A DNA stretch of 64,000 nucleotides from Tenacibaculum sp. (lineage in GTDB: Bacteria > Bacteroidota > Bacteroidia > Flavobacteriales > Flavobacteriaceae). Both the position numbers and the translations under genes were made by a program. The notes under the pieces were generated by a model. That model saw only the letters and a list, made by a program, of their open reading frames with translations. It searched no databases and was not told the origin of the DNA. Location of the stretch: positions 1,945,732-2,009,731 of the forward strand of contig OZ251501.1 in assembly GCA_965242715.1 (NCBI GenBank). Reading direction: 5' to 3'. Of this stretch, positions 52,237 through 61,119 are shown piece after piece. The first letter of the stretch is position 1, and every line of letters begins with the position of its first letter.

Positions 52237-53763
52237 ATGAAAAAAACATTAATCTTCTTCTTACTAATTAGCTTTCAGCAAATAAATTCACAAGAAACTC
52301 TTGAAAAGAAAACTCAAAAAGGTTTTTTTCAACTCGATTATATGCCAATAAACATGACAGATAATCTTGGACAACAAGAAGAAAACATGGGTTTTTCAGG
52401 GATTCATTATAATTTATATTTTAACGAATTTTATACTGGAATCGGAATTTACGGCAGTGTAAACGGTCTCCGTGGCGGTTTATTTACCTTAGGTATAAAC
52501 GCTGGATATAAATATACTATTTCTGATAATTTATTTACAGATATTGGTTTCCATTTTGGCGGCGGCGGCGGCGCTAGTGCAGCAGATGGTGGTGGAGCAT
52601 TTATTTTACCACACGCAAATTTAGGGTGTAATTTTGATAACTTTTCAGTTACTGCAGGTTGGAGTTATATTAACTTTTTTGATGGTGGAAATATTAAAAG
52701 TAATCAAGTAAATATAGGAATTCAAATTCCGCTTTCATTTGAGTATGCTTCTTTTAAAAAACGTGAAAATAAATTTGATATTGATGCTTTAAAAACTACA
52801 GATTGGAATCAATCTTCAAGTAAATTATCATTATTAGTTCATTTAAATAATTTAAGAGTGAGAGGCAATTCTCAGTTTACAGATGGCACAAGTATTAGTG
52901 GAAGAACTATTAGATTGGCAGGCTTCGAATTGAATTCTTATCTAAATAAAAACACTTTCTTTTTTGTTAAAGTTGATGGAGCTTACAAAGGTATTCCTGC
53001 AGGTTATATGGATGTTTTTATTGGTGGTGGTTATCATTTATGGATCAATAGAAATCGCACTAATATTCTTACTAAACTAGGTATTGGTGCAAGCGGCGGC
53101 GGCGGCGTAGATACTAAAGGTGGTTTTTTAATTAATCCTGATGTTTCTCTAGAACAAAAACTTTTTAACAACGTTTTTGCGGCTGTAAATGTTGGTTATA
53201 CTATTCAACCAAGTGGAGACTATAGAACACTTAATTATGGTTTTGGTTTAAAATATTACATAGATAAAGACGGTACTACTTCCGAAGAAAAAAAATATAC
53301 AAGTGCTACATTAAAAGGGTTTCAAGTAATTATAAAAGAAGATATGTATTTGAATGCAGGTCGTGTAAATGGTACGAATCCAAATATGTATCAAATTTCA
53401 TTACAGATAAACTTTTTCTTAAACAAATATCTTTATGCTGCAGGACAGACCTCTTTCGCAAATTTTGGTAATGCTGGTGCATACGCCGAAGGAATTGTAG
53501 GTTTAGGTGCACAAACCAATCCGTTTTTTAATAATAACGTTACTGTCTTTGCACAATTTTTAGGTGGAGCTGCTGGCGGTGGCGGAATTAGTACAGGCGA
53601 AGGTTTAATTGTAAAACCAAGTGCAGGAATTAATTATGAACTTAGCGACAACTTAAATTTACGTGGCGCGGTTGGTTATGTAAAAGCTCGTGGCGGAAAT
53701 TTAAGCAGTGCTTTTGTAACCGTTGGAATAAGTTATAGTTTTTCCTTTTTGAGCGCTAAGTAA
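52237..53763 (+). CDS. Secreted protein of unknown function, outer-membrane beta-barrel-like, with three internal repeats and glycine runs
   Basis: 508 aa with a signal peptide (MKKTLIFFLLISFQQINSQ). Alternating aromatic/aliphatic strands. Three cognate blocks: GFHFGGGGGASAADGGGAFILPHANLG, LGIGASGGGGVDTKGGFLINPDVSLE and FLGGAAGGGGISTGEGLIVKPSAGINYE. Confidence 0.6.
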   Translation: MKKTLIFFLLISFQQINSQETLEKKTQKGFFQLDYMPINMTDNLGQQEENMGFSGIHYNLYFNEFYTGIGIYGSVNGLRGGLFTLGINAGYKYTISDNLFTDIGFHFGGGGGASAADGGGAFILPHANLGCNFDNFSVTAGWSYINFFDGGNIKSNQVNIGIQIPLSFEYASFKKRENKFDIDALKTTDWNQSSSKLSLLVHLNNLRVRGNSQFTDGTSISGRTIRLAGFELNSYLNKNTFFFVKVDGAYKGIPAGYMDVFIGGGYHLWINRNRTNILTKLGIGASGGGGVDTKGGFLINPDVSLEQKLFNNVFAAVNVGYTIQPSGDYRTLNYGFGLKYYIDKDGTTSEEKKYTSATLKGFQVIIKEDMYLNAGRVNGTNPNMYQISLQINFFLNKYLYAAGQTSFANFGNAGAYAEGIVGLGAQTNPFFNNNVTVFAQFLGGAAGGGGISTGEGLIVKPSAGINYELSDNLNLRGAVGYVKARGGNLSSAFVTVGISYSFSFLSAK

Positions 53764-53792
53764 AAAGCCAACCAATGGTTGATTTCATTTTA

Positions 53793-54968
53793 TTAATAAT
53801 TTCTATACTGTTTGGTTTCTTCAAAAATATGCTCTAAAATAGCTTGTTCTTTTTCATCAAACACTAAGTTTCTACGACCGAAAACAACTTCTGCAACTTC
53901 AAAAAATTTGTTAGTTTTGTATTCTGTAAACCCAGAAGCACCGCCCCAACTAAACGATGGTACAAAATTACGTAGAAATCCGCTACCAAAAAGATTAGCA
54001 GAAACACCAATAACAGTTCCTGTATTAAACATGGTATTAATTCCGCATTTACTATGATCTCCCATCATTAATCCGCAAAACTGCAAACCAGTTTTTGCAA
54101 AACGTCCCGTTTCATAACTCCACAATTTTACTTCTGCATAATTGTTTTTTAAGTTTGAATTATTAGTATCAGCTCCTAAATTACACCACTCTCCTATTAC
54201 AGAATCTCCTAAAAACCCATCATGCCCTTTGCTAGAATAGCCCATTAAAACCGTATTCTTTACTTCTCCACCAACTTTACAATGAGGCCCTAAAGTTGTA
54301 GCTCCATATATTTTTGCGCCTAATTTCAAAACTGAATTATTACACATTGCCAAAGCTCCTCTAACAACTACCCCTTCCATAATTTCAGCATTTTCGCCAA
54401 TATAAATAGGTCCAAAAGATGCGTTTAATGTCGCAAAAGTCAGTTTTGCGCCTTCTTCTAAAAAAATGTTTTCTCTATTTATGCATTGTACTGTTTCTGG
54501 TATAGGTTGTGATTTTCGTCCTTCAGTAATTAAATCAAAATCTGCACGAAGCGCTTTATCATTTAAAGAAAAAATATCCCATGTGTTTTTAATTTGAAGT
54601 AATTCATCTTCAAATTCTATTTGCTTATAGGTATCAAAACTTACTTCTTCTTGTGTATCCGAAGTATAAAATGCAATTACATCTTCACCTTTAAAAATTG
54701 CTTCATTTTCTGATAGGTTTTTCACCATTTCTACCAATTTATTCGTTGGTAAATAGGAAGCGTTCAGCAACACATTCTCTTCCATTTCTACCATCGGATA
54801 TTTAATTTCTAAATATTCTTCTGTAATAGTGGTGGTTGTTAGCCCTAAGTATTTCTCCCATTTCTCTCTAATAGTTAAAATGCCTACGCGAATATCTGCA
54901 ACTGGTTTTGTATAGGTAAATGGTAGTAATGCAGTGCGTACATCTGCATCAAACAAAATATAATTCAT
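53793..54968 (-). CDS. GlmU-family sugar-nucleotidyltransferase/acyltransferase-like protein (left-handed beta-helix)
   Basis: 391 aa. Hexapeptide-repeat region (IGENAEIMEGVVVRG...LGPHCKVGGEVKNTVL...GDSVIGEWCNLGADTNNSN). Confidence 0.75.
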   Translation of the reverse strand: MNYILFDADVRTALLPFTYTKPVADIRVGILTIREKWEKYLGLTTTTITEEYLEIKYPMVEMEENVLLNASYLPTNKLVEMVKNLSENEAIFKGEDVIAFYTSDTQEEVSFDTYKQIEFEDELLQIKNTWDIFSLNDKALRADFDLITEGRKSQPIPETVQCINRENIFLEEGAKLTFATLNASFGPIYIGENAEIMEGVVVRGALAMCNNSVLKLGAKIYGATTLGPHCKVGGEVKNTVLMGYSSKGHDGFLGDSVIGEWCNLGADTNNSNLKNNYAEVKLWSYETGRFAKTGLQFCGLMMGDHSKCGINTMFNTGTVIGVSANLFGSGFLRNFVPSFSWGGASGFTEYKTNKFFEVAEVVFGRRNLVFDEKEQAILEHIFEETKQYRNY

Positions 54969-55174
54969 TTCTTATAAAAGCTTTGTGCAAATATAAAATA
55001 ATGATATTAAAATTTAACTAAAAATAACTTGTATATTTTAATAAACACTAGATTAACGGCGATTAAACACACACAAACAACTAAAAATAATCTACAAACA
55101 ACAAAATACATATATTAAAATTTGCTATTAGTTTAAGGCTGTATAAGTCTAAATATTAATTGTATTTTTGAGTT

Positions 55175-55567
55175 ATGAAAAAAATATTAGCACTTATTAT
55201 TGGTTCCATAATTTTAATTGCAGGTTTGTATTATGCCTTTATTTATTATGTGCCTTATAGCGAAGGGGTTCGTTCTGGTGAGTTGATAAAAATTAGCCAC
55301 AAAGGTGTTATTATTAAAACCTGGGAAGGGGAAATAAGCCAAGGAATTTCTGGTGCTCAAATTTTTTCTTTTTCTGTAGAAAGTAATAAAAAACAAGTAA
55401 TTGAAAATTTACAAAAACACCAAGGTCGTTATGTAAAAGTAACGTATCAAGAGCGTTTTAGCACCTTCTTTTGGCTGGGTGATACTAAATATTTTATTAC
55501 TAAAATTGAGAAAGAAAACTCTCCACATTTTGGAGGTGGAAGAAATGAAAATAATGGTAAAAACTAA
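55175..55567 (+). CDS. Hypothetical membrane-anchored protein
   Basis: 130 aa with an N-terminal TM helix. No family recognised. Confidence 0.5.
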   Translation: MKKILALIIGSIILIAGLYYAFIYYVPYSEGVRSGELIKISHKGVIIKTWEGEISQGISGAQIFSFSVESNKKQVIENLQKHQGRYVKVTYQERFSTFFWLGDTKYFITKIEKENSPHFGGGRNENNGKN

Positions 55568-56102
55568 GTATAAACACGTAGAAGACACTCGCATTACTAT
55601 TTCTGAGCTAATGCTGCCTTCGCACACCAATTTTAGTGGTAAAATTCACGGAGGCTATATTTTATCTTTATTAGATCAAATTGCTTTTGCATGTGCTTCT
55701 AAACACTCGGCAGCATATTGCGTAACTGCTTCTGTAGATACTGTAGATTTTTTAAATCCTATAGAAGTTGGTGAGTTAGTTACTATGCAAGCATCTATAA
55801 ATTATGTAGGTAGAACCTCTATGGTTGTAGGAGTTCGAGTTGATTCTGAGAATATTAGAAACGGTCTTAAAAAACATTGTAATTCTTCTTACTTTACAAT
55901 GGTTGCTAAAGATGATGAAGGAAATAGTGTTAAAGTTCCTGGTTTGATTCTAAATGACGATATAGAAGTCCGCCGTTTTTTAAAAGCCATAAAGCGTATA
56001 GAAATGAAAAAGAAACGCCAACAAGAATTTGATAGTGAAGACTTTGTACCACACGATTATATTAAAGATTTACAAGATTATAATGTAAAGTTTGAGTTGT
56101 AA
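55545..56102 (+). CDS. Acyl-CoA thioesterase (hotdog fold)
   Basis: MKIMVKTKYKHVEDTRITISELMLPSHTNFSGKIHGGYILSLLDQIAFACA is typical of YciA/BFIT-type thioesterases. I prefer the ATG at 55545 over the long upstream extension. Confidence 0.85.
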   Translation: MKIMVKTKYKHVEDTRITISELMLPSHTNFSGKIHGGYILSLLDQIAFACASKHSAAYCVTASVDTVDFLNPIEVGELVTMQASINYVGRTSMVVGVRVDSENIRNGLKKHCNSSYFTMVAKDDEGNSVKVPGLILNDDIEVRRFLKAIKRIEMKKKRQQEFDSEDFVPHDYIKDLQDYNVKFEL

Positions 56103-56245
56103 TAAAACAGTTAGTTTTCTTATTGACTGTTTAATTGCAAGACGGTAGCTCAACGGGGTTTAATCCGCAGTGTTTACGTCGAAATAAAAAAGGAATTTTT
56201 CAATAAACATTTATAAGACTTTTACCTTTTAAGGAATAACAAAAG

Positions 56246-57049
56246 TTATAATTTATAATGGTTCATTAATAATTTTTCGTACCATTTATCTGGTAAAATT
56301 CTTTTGAGAATTATCGAAAATTTCTCCATAAATCCACCAACTTTATAATGTCCTTTTGGGTTTTTAGTATTTATAATTTTATCTACTGCTTTTGCCATTG
56401 CTATTGGATCCATTCCGCTATTAACATGAGAATCCATTAATGCTAAGTTTTCAGTATATTTTTCTTTGTATGCAGAGTTTTCAAATATTGGTGTATGATA
56501 ACGACTGGAAGCAATATTAGTTGCAAAATCTCCTGGAGCAATATTAACCACATCAATTCCAAAGCTTTTAACTTCCATTCGTGTGGCTTCTGTAACTAAT
56601 TCTAACGCTCCCTTTGAAGCAGAATAAATTCCTCGAAAAGGTAGCCCCATATAACCTGCAATTGAGGTTACATTAATTATTAATCCGTTTTTTTGAGAAC
56701 GCATTTTAGGTAAAACCGCTTTCATTACGTCTATTGCACCAAAGAAATTGGCATCAAAATTCGCTTTCATCTCATCGGTTGGAGTATCTTCAATAGCTCC
56801 AGTAATACCTTTACCTGCATTATTAATTAATACATCTAATTTTCCTTGTTCTGTAATAATTTTTTCAACGGCAGCTTTAATCGTTTCTGGTTTAGTAACA
56901 TCTAACACAATTAATTTAAAAGGAAAACTGGCTGCATTGGCATCACTTCTACTTGTACCATAAACAATATATTTTTTACTTAATAAATAGATAGCAATAG
57001 CATTTCCTATTCCTGAAGATGCTCCTGTAATTAAAACTACTTTAGACAT
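56246..57049 (-). CDS. SDR-family oxidoreductase
   Basis: MSKVVLITGASSGIGNA (TGxxxGxG), NNAG and YSASK motifs. Confidence 0.9.
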   Translation of the reverse strand: MSKVVLITGASSGIGNAIAIYLLSKKYIVYGTSRSDANAASFPFKLIVLDVTKPETIKAAVEKIITEQGKLDVLINNAGKGITGAIEDTPTDEMKANFDANFFGAIDVMKAVLPKMRSQKNGLIINVTSIAGYMGLPFRGIYSASKGALELVTEATRMEVKSFGIDVVNIAPGDFATNIASSRYHTPIFENSAYKEKYTENLALMDSHVNSGMDPIAMAKAVDKIINTKNPKGHYKVGGFMEKFSIILKRILPDKWYEKLLMNHYKL

Positions 57050-57178
57050 TGAGTTATAAATTATACGCAGCAAATATCAATAAAACTAAATCAAGTACAA
57101 ATTAACTAGTGATAAAACTTATTTTTATTTAAAACTGTACAAATTAAAGTCATATTTTAGGACAAGAGCCTAAAAAAA

Positions 57179-57199
57179 AGCCTCACAAATTGTGAGGCT
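57179..57199 (-). terminator. Rho-independent terminator (downstream of the sucC-like remnant)
   Basis: agcctcaca-aat-tgtgaggct 9-bp stem. The A8 run on the top strand gives a T8 run after the hairpin on the minus strand. Confidence 0.7.
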
Positions 57200-57238
57200 T
57201 TTCAATATATCTAATTTAAAAACTTAAGTTTAAACTTC

Positions 57239-57355
57239 TTAAACTTTATCAGCAGCTTCTTGAAACTCAGTAGCTGAAACAATTTCCATTCCACTATTAT
57301 CTATTAATTCTTTTGCTTCTACTTCAATAGGCTTTTCTTCACGTAAATCTCGCAT
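57239..57355 (-). pseudogene. sucC: Possible 3' remnant of succinate-CoA ligase beta subunit
   Basis: The short minus-strand ORF ends ...EVEAKELIDNSGMEIVSATEFQEAADKV*, which resembles the conserved SucC C-terminus (…AKELIDNSGL…A…FQEAADKV). Nothing SucC-like lies upstream of it. Confidence 0.4.
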
Positions 57356-57550
57356 TGCGGCACAACTCTTTATGACGAAATAATGCGTTTTCGTCTAGAG
57401 ATAATTTTATTATCCGAAGTTTTTAAAACCAGATTAATTTCAAACATAGAAGAATTAGGTTTTGTATACGCTATATATAAAAAGGGCTAAATTCTAATAT
57501 AGACATGTATTATCTTTATCTGATACCGAGGTATTGTTTTAGTCCCACAA

Positions 57551-58048
57551 TTAGTTACTTTGAAAGGCTTTGTCAAAAAACGGATAATAATATTCCGTAA
57601 TATACATTCCTTTTTTAATACCTAATTCTTGTTCTTTAGCATTTACCATAATCATAGTTGGAAACTTAGACTGTCCATAGCGCTGACTTAGCTCTTTGTT
57701 TACTTCTTTAGTTTCATCATCAACCAAATTTTTGTTTCTAGGAAAATTTGCTTTATATAAAATTATTTTATTGTCAGCATATTCTTGAAACTTTTCTGTA
57801 TTAAACAATTCCTTACCCAACACCTTACAAGGTCCGCACCAATCAGATCCTGTAAAATAGATTAATAATGGTTTTTTTTCTTTTTTGGCTCTTTCAAGAG
57901 CTTCTTTGTAAGAGTTTTCCCAAATAATTACAGGTTCTTTTACAACTTCTTCTACCTCAAGTAGAACTTGAGTTTCAACAGTATCTTGAGCTTTAGCAAT
58001 GCCAAAACCGAAAAATAAAATTAGGAAGGTTATATAAAAAGTTTTCAT
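57551..58048 (-). CDS. Thioredoxin-family protein (secreted)
   Basis: 165 aa. Signal peptide, then YFTGSDWCGPCK thioredoxin motif. Confidence 0.85.
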   Translation of the reverse strand: MKTFYITFLILFFGFGIAKAQDTVETQVLLEVEEVVKEPVIIWENSYKEALERAKKEKKPLLIYFTGSDWCGPCKVLGKELFNTEKFQEYADNKIILYKANFPRNKNLVDDETKEVNKELSQRYGQSKFPTMIMVNAKEQELGIKKGMYITEYYYPFFDKAFQSN

Positions 58049-58102
58049 AAAAATAATTTGCGTTTTATCAAATATATCAAAAAAAATGCCATTTACTCAA
58101 TA

Positions 58103-59125
58103 TTAACTCTTAATATGATTTATTATTGTATTATTAAAGTCTTCTTTCTGCTCTAAAAGTGAAGTTTTTATAGGTAAATAGTATAAGTTTTGAAGTTTAT
58201 TTTCCAATCTAACAAAATCTTTTTCGGTAGTTAAAATAAGTTTTTTTGTTGATGAAATCGTATTCAATTTAGCTTCAATTTTATTAATATCTGCTTCTGT
58301 GAAGTTATAATGATCTGGAAAATTTACGTGATTATATGTAACATACTTAGTGTCTAAAAACTCTAAAAGTGATGTAGGGTTTGCAATCCCTGTAACTAAA
58401 ATAATTTCATATTCATTTAGTTTTTCAATAGCAATTCCTTGTTTTCCTTGTATAGAATCTGCATATACTATTGTGCTAAAAAACACTTGTTGATTGTTTT
58501 TTGGTGCTAACTTTTTTATAATACTCAATTTGTTTTTTACAGATAAATTTTCAGGGCACTTTGTAACCATAATTATATTGGCACGCTTAGCTCCTCGCCC
58601 ACTTTCACGCAAATTTCCTGTAGGCAACAGAAAATCATTTGTATATAAATCACTGTACTTTGTAAGTAAAACGTAAAAGCTAGCGGTTACTTTTCTATGT
58701 TGAAAAGCATCATCTAACAATACAATTTCAGGCGGATTCTCTTGCGCTAGTAATTGCTTAATTCCATTTATTCTATTAGCATCTACCGCAACTTGAATAG
58801 CAGTAAACTTCTTAAAAAACTGAAGAGGTTCATCTCCAACATCTTCTGCAGTATGACCTGTATTCAACAATAAAAAACCTGCTGTTTTCCGCTTATAGCC
58901 TCTACTTAAAATAGCAATCTTATAGTCATCTTTTAGTAATCGAATTAAATATTCAATTTGTGGTGTTTTACCCGTTCCTCCAACATTTAAATTACCAACA
59001 GCAATTACGGGAATATTAAATGATGTTGATCTTAAAAGACCTTTATCAAATAAAAAATTACGAACTGAGGTTATCAAGTCGTATAAAACAGCAAATGGAA
59101 ATAATAAAAATCGAAGTAATTTCAT
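58103..59125 (-). CDS. lpxK: Tetraacyldisaccharide 4'-kinase
   Basis: Start at MKLLRFLLFPFAVLYDLIT. VGNLNVGGTGKTP P-loop and LDDAFQHR motif. Confidence 0.9.
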   Translation of the reverse strand: MKLLRFLLFPFAVLYDLITSVRNFLFDKGLLRSTSFNIPVIAVGNLNVGGTGKTPQIEYLIRLLKDDYKIAILSRGYKRKTAGFLLLNTGHTAEDVGDEPLQFFKKFTAIQVAVDANRINGIKQLLAQENPPEIVLLDDAFQHRKVTASFYVLLTKYSDLYTNDFLLPTGNLRESGRGAKRANIIMVTKCPENLSVKNKLSIIKKLAPKNNQQVFFSTIVYADSIQGKQGIAIEKLNEYEIILVTGIANPTSLLEFLDTKYVTYNHVNFPDHYNFTEADINKIEAKLNTISSTKKLILTTEKDFVRLENKLQNLYYLPIKTSLLEQKEDFNNTIINHIKS

Positions 59126-59173
59126 TACTGCGAAAATAATTAAAAATCTTAACTTTGATTTTTTACTTAAAAT

Positions 59174-60268
59174 ATGAAAATACAAGACGTTACAAATTAC
59201 ATAGAACAACTTGCACCACTAACTTATGCAGAAAATTTTGACAATGTAGGTTTATTGGTTGGAAATTATAACACCAAAGTTACAGGTGTTTTAGTAACAT
59301 TAGACACGTTGGAAGATACCGTAGACGAAGCAATTACAAAGAATTGCAACTTAATTGTAAGCTTTCATCCTATTATTTTTAGCGGATTAAAAAAATTAAA
59401 CGGTAGTAATTATGTTGAACGCGTAGTATTAAAAGCTATTAAAAATGATATTGCTATTTACGCAACACATACGGCGTTAGATAATAGTAAAAACGGAGTT
59501 TCTGCAAAAATGTGTACTGTTTTAGATTTAAATAACACGCAAATTTTAATTCCGAAAACAAATGCTATTAAAAAATTAACAACCTATATTCCGTTTGCTG
59601 AAGCAAACAATTTACGTAACAAATTATTTGAAGCTGGCGCTGGAAATATTGGTAATTACAGCAACTGTTCTTTTACTGTTGAAGGAAAAGGAAGCTTTCT
59701 TGGAAATGAAGATTCCAAACCGACAATTGGTAAAAAAGGTGAAATACTATTTGAAGAAGAAAGTGCTATTTCTGTAATCTTTGAAAATTATTTAGAAAAT
59801 AACATATTAAAGACACTCTTTGAGTGCCATCCTTATGAAGAAGTTAGTTATGAAATTGTAACGCTTGATAATATAAATAAAAATGTAGGAATGGGAATGA
59901 TTGGCGAGCTTCCGAAGGAATTATCAGAGAAAGAATTTTTACAATTTGTAAAGAAAACTTTTAAAACTGACTGCGTGCGCCATTCTTCATTATTAAATAA
60001 GTCGATAAAAAAAGTAGCCGTTTTAGGTGGTTCGGGAAGCTTTGCCATTAAAAATGCGATTCAGCAAAAAGCAGATGCATACATAAGTGCAGATTTTAAA
60101 TATCATGAGTTCTTTAAAGCTGAAAATAAAATTCTTTTAACAGATATTGGGCATTACGAAAGTGAACAGTTTACAAAAAACCTTTTAGTTGAGTATCTTA
60201 CAAAAAAAATCACTAATTTTGCAGTCATTTTATCTGAAAAAAGTACAAATCCAATATATTATTTTTAA
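59174..60268 (+). CDS. Nif3-like dinuclear metal centre protein
   Basis: 364 aa. DNVGLLVG, SFHPIIF and THTALD motifs with the typical inserted domain. Confidence 0.9.
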   Translation: MKIQDVTNYIEQLAPLTYAENFDNVGLLVGNYNTKVTGVLVTLDTLEDTVDEAITKNCNLIVSFHPIIFSGLKKLNGSNYVERVVLKAIKNDIAIYATHTALDNSKNGVSAKMCTVLDLNNTQILIPKTNAIKKLTTYIPFAEANNLRNKLFEAGAGNIGNYSNCSFTVEGKGSFLGNEDSKPTIGKKGEILFEEESAISVIFENYLENNILKTLFECHPYEEVSYEIVTLDNINKNVGMGMIGELPKELSEKEFLQFVKKTFKTDCVRHSSLLNKSIKKVAVLGGSGSFAIKNAIQQKADAYISADFKYHEFFKAENKILLTDIGHYESEQFTKNLLVEYLTKKITNFAVILSEKSTNPIYYF

Positions 60269-60270
60269 AC

Positions 60271-61044
60271 ATGGCAAAAAAGAAAGAAGTTACGGTTGAA
60301 GAGAAGTTAAGAGCACTATACGATTTACAATTAATTGATTCAAGAATTGATGAAATTAGAAATGTACGTGGTGAATTACCTTTGGAAGTACAAGATCTAG
60401 AAGATGAAGTTGCCGGATTAAATACCAGAGTTTCTAATTTAGCTGAAGATGTTTCTAACTTAGAAACAGACATAAATAACAAAAAAATTGCCATTGACGA
60501 GAGCAAATCGTTAATGAAGAAATACGAAGAGCAACAAAAAAACGTACGTAACAATCGTGAGTTTGATTCTTTAGCAAAAGAAACTGAGTTTCAAGAATTG
60601 GAAATTCAATTAGCAGATAAGCGTATTATTGAGTTTAAAGCTAAGATTGAGCAAAAGAAAGCAGTAATTGCTACAACTACAGAAAAATTAGAAAAGCAAG
60701 AAACTCATTTAGGTCATAAAAAATCTGAATTAGATGCTATTCTAAAAGAAACTGAAAAGGAAGAAAAGTTATTAAATAATAAATCAGAAGAATATTCTAA
60801 ATCTATTGATGAGCATTTACTAACTGCTTATAATAGAATTAGAACTAAGGTTAAAAACGGATTAGCAGTAGTTTCTATTGAACGTGGAGCTTCAGGTGGG
60901 TCTTTTATTACGATTCCTCCACAAGTACAATTAGAAATTGCAAACCGCAAGAAAATAACTATAGATGAGCATAGTGGTCGTATTTTAGTAGACGCTGCTT
61001 TAGCTGCTGAAGAGAGAGAAAAAATTAACAAGATATTTGCTTAA
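60271..61044 (+). CDS. DUF164-type coiled-coil protein (partner of Nif3)
   Basis: 257 aa. LRALYDLQLIDSRIDEI, a long coiled coil, and a C-terminal GRILV tail. Conserved adjacency to the Nif3 gene. Confidence 0.75.
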   Translation: MAKKKEVTVEEKLRALYDLQLIDSRIDEIRNVRGELPLEVQDLEDEVAGLNTRVSNLAEDVSNLETDINNKKIAIDESKSLMKKYEEQQKNVRNNREFDSLAKETEFQELEIQLADKRIIEFKAKIEQKKAVIATTTEKLEKQETHLGHKKSELDAILKETEKEEKLLNNKSEEYSKSIDEHLLTAYNRIRTKVKNGLAVVSIERGASGGSFITIPPQVQLEIANRKKITIDEHSGRILVDAALAAEEREKINKIFA

Positions 61045-61074
61045 GCTTTTTCTTAAACTTACAACATAAAAAAA

Positions 61075-61094
61075 CTCGAAGCAAAAGCTTCGAG
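61075..61094. terminator. Bidirectional rho-independent terminator between convergent genes
   Basis: ctcgaagc-aaaa-gcttcgag, flanked by an A-run upstream and a T-run downstream. Confidence 0.75.
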
Positions 61095-61119
61095 TTTTTT
61101 GTTTCTATATTTTTGAGTT

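Noticed and set aside
55479-55544. Long N-terminal extension of the thioesterase ORF overlapping the upstream gene
   Set aside because: The extension (MILNILLLKLRKKTLHILEVEE) overlaps the 3' end of ORF 55175..55567 in another frame. The conserved thioesterase sequence begins at the internal ATG at 55545.
60271-61044. DUF164 'zinc-ribbon' protein lacking all four cysteines (…GASGGSFITIPPQ…DEHSGRILV)
   Set aside because: I recall cysteine-less versions of this C-terminal module as common in Bacteroidota homologues. It is probably lineage-typical rather than a local anomaly, and I cannot verify this without an alignment.
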